From assembly GCF_009914755.1 (NCBI RefSeq), contig NC_060927.1: 64,000 nt of DNA; one strand, 5' to 3'. Every line of letters begins with the position of its first letter. Position 1 is the stretch's first letter. Below, one piece after another: positions 53,544-64,000 of the stretch. The position numbers and the translations under genes were made by a program. The notes under the pieces are model-generated. The model was not told the DNA's origin, made no database searches, and was given only the letters and a program-made list of their open reading frames with translations. This DNA comes from the human T2T-CHM13v2.0 reference genome, Homo sapiens.

Positions 53544-53682
53544 TTTTTTTAAAAAAATAATTTTAGGTTCGGGGTACATGTGCAGGTTTGTTCTACAGGT
53601 AAATTCATGCCATAGGGGTTTGTTGTAAAATTTATTTTGTCACCTATGTCCTAAGCCTAGTATCCAATAGTTATTATTTTCC
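53544..53682 (-). mobile_element. Short L1PA 3'-end fragment
   Basis: ttttaggttcggggtacatgtgcaggtttgttctacaggtaaattcatgccataggggtttgttgt...ctaagcctagtatccaatagtta. Confidence 0.88.
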
Positions 53683-53769
53683 TTAAGGGCAGCAAAGGGA
53701 GGGAGGGGATCAGGTGAGAATCCCCCAAACTACCTGGCCACAAAGGTGAGAATGCATACTCAGGGTACA

Positions 53770-54120
53770 AAGGTAAAACTTAGGAAACTATATTTTTTGC
53801 CTCAGTCTTTTTCAAGGTCATTATCAGTTTCATATTTTAAAGGGAAAGTAAGATCGAAGGACGCTATGTACATATGATCTTTGAAAACAAATTGACAAAC
53901 CAAATGTAGATGAGTCATCCTTGCTGAATAACATCCATCTACAAATTCTAAAAGTAACACAAAGGTGGGACCTTGAGACTGTAGATCAATGTAGATGTGT
54001 TTTTAAACTGCCACATTCTAGACAATTTGAGATTTGTCAGAAAGATTTTCCCACAACCAGTCATCGAAGAGAAGCCAAGTGAAACTTTCTCTTATAATGA
54101 AGTCAAATCCCGGTGAAAAG
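53770..54120 (+). mobile_element. CR1/L3 LINE ORF2 fragment (region upstream of the RT core)
   Basis: FFASVF at 53793-53810 and QIDKPNVDESSLLNNIHLQILK from 53888 (compare FFASVFT...QIDKLNxxKSPGPDGIHPRVLK), then a PG remnant near 54110. Confidence 0.65.
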
Positions 54121-54149
54121 CATTAAACATATGATGCTCAGTCCCAGTC

Positions 54150-54345
54150 AGAGGCAGCACAGTAAAGAAGGAACACTGGGCTGGGAAGGAAAAGATCGGA
54201 TCTTGCTATTCCACCATCTAGCATTGTATCTCACTTAAATTATTGAAATTTCTAAAGTCTCAGTTTCCTCGTTATTAAAGGGGTATAATAATCCCTAACC
54301 AAAACAAAATAAATAAAAATAGGAATTTAAGGAAATAACAATTGT
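54150..54345 (+). mobile_element. MIR SINE (degenerate)
   Basis: gaggcagcacagtaaagaaggaacactgggctggga...ctaaagtctcagtttcctcgttattaaaggggtataataat. Confidence 0.65.
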
Positions 54346-54799
54346 GACTGTCAAATAGTAATACCTAATATTTTTAGAGCTGTCTCTACGTTGCCAGGCA
54401 TTGTACTAGATGTTTTACATGCAATTATCATATTGCAGGTGTTCAATACTTTTAGCTTACGTTCTTCCCCACAGAATATTCTTGGGGTCCAAATAAGTTA
54501 GTGTATCTGAAAATACTTCATAAACTATAAATTGCTGTGAGCATATAGGTAGTTATGAAAAGATCATGGGATCTATTAACAAGGATGTATCACTGAACTG
54601 GCAACCAAACGTAAGCTATTGGAGAAAAACCAACATGGGTTCTGTAAGATGAAATAACACTGGATTAATTTGGTAGCCAATATCCTAAGGTTGTTTAAAA
54701 CCACATGATCGTGAAGCAAGAACAAATTAATTGTGTATGCCATCATGTAATATCTTCCTATTTTAAAAATAAAAGCACTCACCGAAAGTGATATTCAAA

Positions 54800-55140
54800 A
54801 ATAGGGCATTGATGAATAAATTATGATATGAGAAACTAGGCAACCATAAACAGAAATATGGTAGGTGAATATTTAATAATAGAGAAAAAGTTGCATAATA
54901 TGCTATTGAAAGAAAAAAGTAAACCATAAGGTATATGTAAATCATAATCCTAATTTTGTAACTTATGAATATATATTTTGCAGGGGAGAATCTGGAATGG
55001 TATACAACAAAAAAAGTAATAGGAGCTTTTGCGATATTGAGAAACTGATTAATTTTTCATTTTCTTCCTTGTGCTTTTCTGTGTTTTCTCATTTTGCTAT
55101 AATGAACACATTAATTTGTAGTGAGAAATATTTAAAAATA
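54800..55140 (+). mobile_element. Old L1ME-like 3' end
   Basis: atctggaatggtatacaacaaaa...ttttcattttcttccttgtgcttttctgtgttttctcattttgctataatgaacacatt. Confidence 0.6.
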
Positions 55141-56644
55141 CAAACGATTTTTTAAACCATACCACGGAAAACCCTAGCTTCTTCACTCATTCTAAGAATA
55201 TAAAAAAAGCAAGCTTTGCTTCAGAATGCAATGGGAAGTACTTCAACGTTCCTTCAGTGTTGCCAAGGTTTATTTAACAATATTTTCTCACCATATATTA
55301 TACAAGAACAGAACTAAACAGATGGTCTACATCGAAAACTCAGCAATCTAGGAAAAGCTATCCTCACTCTACCTATTCATCATATACTACATTGTATATA
55401 TAACATATATACACACACATACATAACTCCTTATCATCTTCTTAATAACATACATGCCTAAATCTTTCATAGATCCCACATGTCAAAGTTATCCTGCAAG
55501 CCACACCCACATCTGTGTGTGTGTTTGTTTTCAAAATATGACAGGAATACTCACACTCATTGCATGACCCTATTGACTTTAAAATTACAGTCTCACATAT
55601 TTACATATTTGTAGACTTTATACAAAAAAAATCTATATAACTTGGAACTTCCAAGGAACAAAGGCAAAGCTTGAATTTGACTCTGTATTATGTATGCAAA
55701 TGGTATGTTGGCATTGAATTAGTCTTCCAGAAGCAACATTTCCTTTATGTCACTTCCTTCCTGGACCAATCAATGGCCCTTTCTTTCTTTCAGGATGAAG
55801 TACAAATGGCTAAGCCTGGCATCCAAGGTTCACCCTGTGTCTCCAGGCTTCCTTGGCAATACTTTCCAATATAAACCTTTAACTCCACTCAGGCCAGAGT
55901 CTATACTATAACTCATATACAGAATGAACATTCTTTTCTCTGTTCCTTTGTTTGTGTTATTTTCCCCAACGGAAATAGACTTCATCTTTTTCTTCCCCCT
56001 ATAAATTCTCGTATCCTTCAATATCAGGCTTAAGTCCATGTCCATACTACATTCCCATCCTCTGATTTCTCTCAATTCATTTTCTGAAAATTCTGCTTTA
56101 TACTTTATCACACTTCATCTACAGATCTTAGGAAACTATTTCTTAAGAATACTAGACACTAAAAAAATTCATATTGAATTAAGCTTAAATGTCCAGTGGT
56201 ATAAATTTTTATAGAAATAAGGTTTAATATGTACCAAGAAAGAGCTGATTATATGATTTTAGTGACTTAATTATAAATAAATGGTGCTGCTACCAAGTTT
56301 TTTTTAAGTTTGGCTCTTTTAAATCTGGCTATAAAATTAGGTCAGCAAGATCTTCTCCTTGAAAAGATTTTGTTGGGAATTAGTCTTTTTGTATGTATTT
56401 GAATGTAATAAAATGGTACTTCTTTAAAAATAGTATTTAATTGAGCCATTTTGCTAATTAAGACTAGACTTCTCCCCAATCGGAATAAAATCATAGACTC
56501 GTTCTAATTTTTTGAGCTCAAAGACACCTTAGAGATTATTTCCAGAATCAGAGAGTAACTTGCCCAAGGCCACATAGGTGGTTAGTCAAACATGACTTTT
56601 CTTTTAATTCTGTAAGTCGTTCTCTTTTATACTATTGCTTAGGG

Positions 56645-56830
56645 TTGGCAGCATGATATAAGGAAAAGAAACTGCATTTGGAGACAGAGGCCCAGGGTTC
56701 AAAACCAAGCCCGGTTTTTACTTGCATTAAGCCTCTTTCCTCAGCTAAAGAGTGGAAATTATAGAATATGACCTCACAGAGTTGTTGATAATAGGTAGGT
56801 AATAGGTGATAGGCAAATCTATGCACAGCC
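56645..56830 (+). mobile_element. MIR SINE
   Basis: ggcagcatgatataaggaaaagaaactgcatttggagacagaggcccagggttcaaaacc...acctcacagagttgttg. Confidence 0.7.
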
Positions 56831-56904
56831 ACTTTAAACTGTAAAGTTTGTATCCCGTGCCTAACCTGCAATGGTTGTTTACACACCTACATACAAGAGA
56901 TCCT

Positions 56905-57620
56905 CTGTGAACTAAGCCCTGTTGATTCCATCCCTGAATCTCTCTTCTGTGTATTCACCTCATCTCCAATGTCACAATCTTAGTCTACACCACCATTTTC
57001 TTTCTTGTTACATAGTGAAAGCCTCTAAATCAGCTTCTTCCCAGTTACTCATCCTTTTCTCACACGGCAGCCAGAGTCCTCTTCTAAAAGCTCCTACTTC
57101 AAGTGGCACCTTCCTGCTTTAAAACTCATCAGTGCTTTCCCTCAATTTCCCCTTTGGACTAAATCCCATATTCTTGCAATGTCCCTAAAGGCCCTGCAGT
57201 GTTGGGCTTACTTAATTCCTCCAGACTTACCTTCTGTCACTTTCCTCTTTGGTCCTTGCACTCCTTCTATTCCTTCAGTTCCTGGGTTATGTTGGTCTCT
57301 TTCATACCTTAAAGCCTTGGCAAGACTTCTCATTGCTGTTAAAGCTCTCTCCACCTGCGTCTGCACATAGCTAACTCCTACTCATAATTTAAACTCCAAT
57401 TACATGTTAATTCCTTAAGCAAAGACTTTCTTAACTCCCCAGACTAAACTGAGTCTCCCTAAAATATAATTTCATAGTACCCTAAACTCTCCTTCTTTAG
57501 GTATTATCACAGTGGCAATTAATTTATTATCTTTTATGTGTCTGTCTCCCTTGCTATAAGGTTTATGAATGTGTTTGCTTAAGGCTTAACAAATATTTAT
57601 GGAAGGAAGAAGGAAAAAAA
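56905..57620 (+). mobile_element. L2 LINE 3' portion
   Basis: cacacggcagccagagtcctcttctaaaa...cctgctttaaaactcatcagtgctttccc...gctaactcctactca...aacaaatatttatggaagga. Confidence 0.8.
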
Positions 57621-59959
57621 AATAAACAGAAGTCTATTAGTTGTTTTTCTTGCATATCCCCCACTTTCCTATATTCTGTGCCTTGTATATACCCCAGCTA
57701 GCTGAAATAACTACCCATTCATCACACTACACACATCATACCAACAAAAATAACTTTAAACCCACAGAATGCCCACTGTTCGTTCACCTTCCTCCTCATC
57801 ACAAACCACATTATTGCCTAACGGGAAAGATAGGAAATTAAAATTTCAGTAACAAAACCATAGTTGTTACTAGGAGCAGTTTCAAGCCTGCATCTGTTAT
57901 GCCAGCACAGGTTTGTATCAGGTCAGTAGAATTGTCTTATCTCTGTTACTTGAGGCAGAAATCACCAGGCAGTTTCTTTCCATTCCCATGTAGACAGAGG
58001 ATCCCCAGTGGAAAGCTGGCCTGGTTGTGTGGGCTGTCTGGACTCAACTGACCCAGCCAGAATGCCCTTGATAATTTGTCAGAGGCAGCTAATCTGGGTT
58101 TTTTCCTAGCTGTTTGCTGTTCTCTCCTTAGGAGATAGAATCACAAATATCTCCTCTTGGGAGTAGGATATACCTTCTAGGGCTGCCAGGTTGGAGGAAG
58201 GAGATATCACAGGAGGTGGAAAAATAAACTTCCCTTCCCACCCACTCTTGGGAGTACACAAGTGCCTTCTGAAATAGAGAAAAGAGGGCAGGTCCCTGAA
58301 TCAGGGAAGACATCCATATAAATTCTTGTTTCCTCATCAAACACTTGGCATTCATTCAATTTAAAAACTAAATTGTATTGTTGGCTTAAATGTGACCAAT
58401 TCTACACTTGAAATAAGGCCCTATAAATGGTTCAAGAGAAGTCCTTGATATAATTGATAGTCAATGGAAGGCAAATACTCATTATACATGTCAATAATGC
58501 CAGCATATTTCCTTGCATAACTTTCTATTTGTTTCTGACTTTTTTCACACTAAAATAAGAAAGAAGAAACACAGAAGACAAGGTATGAAGGTTATTTGAG
58601 CAGCAGAGTTCTGGTCTGCTGACACCCTTAGCGAGATTCATTAATCTTGGAGATTCTCACTCTCATTTACTAAACAACAGTGATTCACACAGAGTTACAC
58701 AGCCACAGTGGCAAAGTTAATTGGAATCTAGTTCCCCTAACATTTCTTCCTTCCTTCAGCTATTCCTCAATAATGCAAGCTAAAATATTAAGTGAGGCTT
58801 AATACTCTTATGAAAAAAGGAAAACAAATAAAGGGTGTTAGCACAGAATTAAAGGTAGACATGTTTCACTTTGTTTTGTTTTGTTTTGTGTTTGGCTTTA
58901 TCCCTTTGAGCAAAACAAGAAGGCAGAGGTAGTTTATGTAACCCTGTATCAATACTGGTATCTCCCTTCAGCATGAAATTAGCACTGGGAGCTCAATATG
59001 CCTCTTACCCAAGTCCAGAGAAAGAAAGAAAGGATGGAGGAAGGGAGAAAGAGACAGCTATGAACACTGGTAAATTCTGTTCAGTTAGTGGCAAGCAGCC
59101 AGATAATCCCTTTTAATTTAACTCTTTATTTTATCTGGCAGAAGCAAATATTTCATTTTCTTAAAGCTTTATAAATTTTAAAGTATGCATAATCACATGT
59201 GACAGGCACTACTATCCCAATCCAGTAAATGAGGAAACTGAGACTCCCGTGAGAGTATTATCTATGTTTTATCAGGAATTATTAGTGAATTTAAGACCAG
59301 TATCTAAGTTGTCTAATGTGTACCTCAGTGTTCCTTCCACATGAGGATCTTACCTACTAAGTGTCCAGACGAGCACTGCTTATGTTGGCAGCATAGACGC
59401 TTTTAAGTAAAGAAGATAGAGAATACAAGAAAATCATGAGTGGTGGAGAGGTAATGGTACACAATGAAGATTCACTTAAGAAAAATGTTTCTGTATTCCT
59501 CATTTCAAATATGCCAAGCAGGGTAGAGAGGTATACAGTGACAAAAATGTACTATGTAAGCAACTATGATTTAAAAAGATCTTCATGTTAGAAATATTGT
59601 TATGTGCTAGAAGATGCTGTGGCTTCAGTATCTGACCCGAATTGTGTAAAAGGAGTCATAGACTTCTGATGTTGAGGGTTATCAAATGAAATAAGAAAAG
59701 AAATCCAAACACTTCTCATCAATTTATTTACTTCCAGGCTGTACTGTGCTTTTCTAGATTAATAAACCATACTAAATAACTTCCACAAAAATATATCATA
59801 TATTGTTTTCTGCAGTCATGGTAATTTGAGCTGGGGGTTTTTGTTATAAGTAATAATCATCACTGAAGGCTTGTTACAAGGTCTGTTCCACTACCCATAA
59901 AATCTAGAAGACTACACTCGATAAAGGGTAAAGTCTATATTTTTCAGAATGTTAATGTT

Positions 59960-60266
59960 ACTATTATTATTGTTATTATTTTGAGAAAGGATCTCACTCT
60001 TGTCTTGCAGGCTAGAGTGCAATGATGCAGTAACAGTTCATTGCAGCCTCAATTTCCTAGGCTCATGTAATCCCCCCAACCTCAGCCTCCCAAATAGCTA
60101 AGACTACAGGTGCACACCACCATGCCAGGCTAATTTTTTTCTGTTTTGTAGAAACAGGGTCTTTCCATGTTGCCAACGCTCATCTTGAACTCCTGGGCTC
60201 AAGTAATCCTTCTGCATTTGTTTCCCAAAGTGCTGGGATTACAGGCATGAGCCACCATGTCTGGCC
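59960..60266 (-). mobile_element. AluJ, full length; tail decayed to (ATT)n
   Basis: gttcattgcagcctcaatttcctaggctca and gaactcctgggctcaagtaatcc (J diagnostics)...gagccaccatgtctggcc. Confidence 0.92.
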
Positions 60267-60314
60267 TAGTATTATTTTTAAGTAAGTAGGGTCAAACACT
60301 TATTTGGAATGCAA

Positions 60315-60610
60315 TTTTTTTTTTTTTTTTGAGATGGAGTTTCACTCTTGTTGCCCAGGCTGGAGTGTAGTGGCATGATCTCAGCTTACTGCAAGCTCCA
60401 CCTTCTGGTTTCAAGCGGTTCTCCTGCCTGAGCTTCCTGAGTAACTGGGATTACAGGTGCCTGCCACCACACCCAGCTAATTTATGTGTTTTTAGTAGAG
60501 ATGGAGTTTCACCATATTGACCAGGCTGGTCTTGAACTCCGGACCTCGTGATCTGCCAGTCTCAGCCTCCCTCCCAAAGTGCTGGGATTACAGGCATGAG
60601 CCACCACACC
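60315..60610 (-). mobile_element. AluS (Sg-like), flanked by T-runs on both sides
   Basis: T16 gagatggagtttcactcttgttgcccaggctgg...gacctcgtgatc...gagccaccacacc followed by T22. Confidence 0.92.
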
Positions 60611-60832
60611 TTTTTTTTTTTTTTTTTTTTTTAAAGGAGCTAAGTTTCTCCTGTATCTTAAACAGAGAGGCTTCATAGTGTAGTCAATGCTCATCATTGA
60701 CTCAGTTCTAGGTTACCAATGTTGCTGGAAACAAAGGAGATAACATCAAAAATCCTACCTAGCAGAAAACTATACCTTATGGATGGTGCTTTAAATCTTT
60801 TAAAATTACTTGGGTAAGTCAAATTAGAAATA

Positions 60833-61128
60833 GGTCAGGCACGGTGGCTTACACCTGTAATAACAGTGCTTTGAGAGGCCAAGGCCAGAGCGTCACTGAG
60901 GTCATGAATTCAAGATCAGCCTGGGCAACATAGTAAGATCCCATTTCTACAAAAAAGAAAAATAAAAAACAACATTAGCTGGGAATGGTGGTGTGTGCCT
61001 GTAGTCTAAGCTACTTGGGAAGCTGAGGTGGCAGGATCCTTTGAGCTAGGGAGCTTGAGGTTACAGTGAGCTATTATCATGCCACTGAACTCCAGCCTGG
61101 GTGACAGAGACAGTGCCTCTTGAAAAAA
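60833..61128 (+). mobile_element. AluJ, full length
   Basis: ggtcaggcacggtggcttacacctgtaat...gcctgggcaacatagtaagat...gttacagtgagctattatcatgccactg (J diagnostics). Confidence 0.92.
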
Positions 61129-64000
61129 TCTTTTAATTAGTTGCTATTGTACTTAATATTAAAACAATATACATCTTGGACTCTAAAATATATTTCCTGA
61201 AGGGTATCATTTTTATTCTTTGGCAGAGGCACTTGTCAAAAACCTCTAAAGAGATTTCACCAACTCGTTTTCATTGGAACTATTGGGAGGAGGCTGGGGA
61301 GTGCCGCTGTGAGCAGTTTAGACAGAGCTCTTAATGGAAGCCTCATAGTAGTTGGACAGAACATTCCCATCCTAGGCATTTCTGCTGCTCCCTCACTAAT
61401 CAGCAGCAGCACTCCCTGCTCTTCTGGTGTTGGGGTTGGGGGTTTGTCGGCTAAGCTGCCTCTGCTGCAGTGTCACTACATTCTTCTCTTCTCCTGGAAG
61501 CAGCCCAAATATGGCTGCAGGCAGAAGCCAAGGAAACCTTCATGCCCAGGTGAACCAGAGATGGGGGTGGGATGGGCCAAGTGGAATCCATCTCTTCTGC
61601 AGTACCAAAAGGGCACAGGGCTACTGCCATCCCATATGCCAAAGGGAGAAAATAGAGCCAACCTCAGAGCAAAGCAGTGGCTGCTCTCTGGCTCTGGATC
61701 TGGAGCATGAGAAAGAAGAGACAGATGCCAGATGACAAACAGACCTGGCCAGATCTAAGCCAATGAAGCAGGACCTCAAACTAAGCTGGGAACAAATGGA
61801 AAGTCCTGAGAAAAGTGGTTTTTTTTGTTTGTTTGTGTGTGTGTATGGGTTTGCTTTCTTTGCTTAATCAAAGTTACAGGTAAATTGATGATATTAGTAC
61901 ACTCATGAATATCTAAAAAACTTTCTTCTGGAAACCTCAGAGACCCTTTATCAATGGAGATGTCATTAATATAAACTACAGTTGCCAGGATATCAAGGAT
62001 GAAACCTGGCTGGGCCATTATATAACCTTCTCGTCATTGCACAAAAGGTTAGAAGTTCTCCCTACCAACATCACAAGGACATTGCATAGATGAATATACT
62101 CAACTATATCAAAGTACTCTAGGATATTTGGAAAAAGAACAACAGAGAAAAAACTATAGTTTTTATTCACATGTGAACACATCTTGACTAAGCTATCTTT
62201 TATGATCTATTTCAAAATAATGATAATGATTATTATATCATTCATGAAAAACAGAACATAATTATTACTGAACCTCAAGAATATATGCCCGACTTGCCCA
62301 TGGTCACAAAATAATGACTTAGACTAAATAGTCTTTTTCTCATGGGGCAAGCCCAAATCATTCTGTAAATATCCCTCCACCTCAGAACCACATAGCCTCA
62401 AGTACTTACATTAAACATTCTTGAACAAATGGATTCTAATTAACAATGAACACCAAGAACAGCATTAATCTGTGAATCCATGAACATAATGGTAAGAAAC
62501 AGCAGAAGCAACTGTGCTGAAGAATGGAGATAGTAAACAAGGGATGGGGCCAATTCAAAAGGGCCACATACTTTGACACTGAGGAGTGTGTACGTGTGTG
62601 TCCACATGTACATATGTGTAAGAGAGAGGAGAGCATGTTGTCAGGAAACAGTTCAAGCCCTGCCATGATGATGGCAGGAGATAATGTGTATGGCAGTTGT
62701 TTGCGAGTGATCTCCATGTTTCTTAGCCTCATCCAGCTGCACTGCCTTCTTCTCCTATCCCATTACTCAACGTTACTGCTGCCTAGTGTGTGCCACACAC
62801 TGGGGGATCCCAAAGCTTGAGAACTGAGGCCACTTCCCACAATGTGCTAAACTCTATTTAGCAAAATCTTGAAAACTCCTCTTTAGAAAGAACAATATTC
62901 CCGGGGAGGAAAAGCTATTTGCTTTGCCCAAATGAGACCAGAAAATTCAGAGAATTGTTACTATAGTTTACTATGTTATCACTGAAAAAGACTGGGGGGC
63001 TTTTTTTTTTAATAGAAGATCTCCTGAAATATAATTATCTGGTTTCGTGTTCCATTACACCTTCCTCATCCTTTAGAAGTACCTTTCACTCATAAGACCC
63101 CATGGCTGAGTAATGAATATCCCATAGTTTTACTCAAACTTAAGAGGAGCATGTATTCATGACATCATTCTTAGCATTTTATCAGAAGAGCTAAATTCCT
63201 AGAGTTAAATGGAATAGGAAGGAAAGGGATTAACCTCTGCTGCTGGCATAGTACAGTCACGATGCTAATGTCTCAATATGAAAAAGCTGAATTGCAGCAA
63301 TATCTGAAATCACAGAGAAAGTCCTGTGAGCTTTGAAGGAAAAAATGTAAAGAAATAAAATGTAAAAAGCCAAAGCAAGATTGGGACTCTATTTTTCATT
63401 TAGACATGCTTAGTAGAAGAATCATGTATTGCAAGAGCTCACAAATTAGATAGGAGAGGAATGGGTCAGTGAGTTCTGAGATGAGAAAGTTTTTAGAACC
63501 TGTAACTTGTAATTGTATTATGGGTGAGTTCCAGCTGTTCCCCTAAGCATATTTTAAACTATAACTTCGACATAGTATTCATTCCCTTGCAATGCTTCAA
63601 CAGTAAACAGCCAGGGAGTCTATTCTCTTTTCATTTAGCAAGAGGGCTTTATAGCTACACAAAATATCCCCCAGCAATGAAAAATGAAACCCACCAATGT
63701 AACATTAGCAACCAGCTGTCAGAAAAAAATCAGGAGTAGGATTGCCAGTCTGGTCATTTCATGCCAAGTGTTCTTGAGAGGCAGTGTGTGTGCGTATGTG
63801 TCTTTGTGTGTGCATGTGTACACTGTGTGTAAATGGAGTGTGTTCTGTAGCATGAGAGATGTGCGTGGGTAAATGTCCTAATGATGGCAGAATGCCCAAA
63901 CATGAAGATGTAGTAGAACCGTCAGTGGTAGAGCAATATAGCACAGACTCTCTATGGCTAATTGTGCAAGGTTCCTCTCACGAGCAGGAAGAGTGAGACA

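Noticed and set aside
61309-61735. 133-aa and 102-aa overlapping ORFs
   Set aside because: Explained by locally higher GC; no recognisable protein motif or exon boundaries.

Overview
AT-rich, CpG-depleted, repeat-dense mammalian non-coding DNA, either intergenic or deep inside a large intron. An Alu at 20159-20460 carries all AluYa5 diagnostic bases, so the source is almost certainly human. I find no credible protein-coding exon, tRNA, rRNA or CRISPR feature. The listed ORFs are short and either repeat-derived or chance. The window is a layered transposon record: ancient CR1/L3, L2 and MIR; MLT1/MLT2/MST/THE1 LTRs including a full LTR-int-LTR MaLR; hAT and Tigger DNA transposons; a 5'-inverted (twin-primed) L1PA15/16-like element; and Alus from J to Ya5. 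The most notable items are: (1) a CR1/L3 reverse-transcriptase relic with about 85 frameshift-free codons and an intact FADD motif, a candidate exapted element; (2) a triple nest AluJ/MSTA/AluYa5 in which the young Alu appears to have re-used the old Alu's target site; (3) a compact motif cluster at about 4.0-4.5 kb (two NF-kB sites, C/EBP, ONECUT, TEAD, TCF) that looks like an enhancer; (4) a 54-bp palindrome next to a minisatellite built from palindromic units. No new biological system can be demonstrated from sequence alone. Subfamily names are from recall of consensus sequences, and the boundaries of old repeats are approximate.
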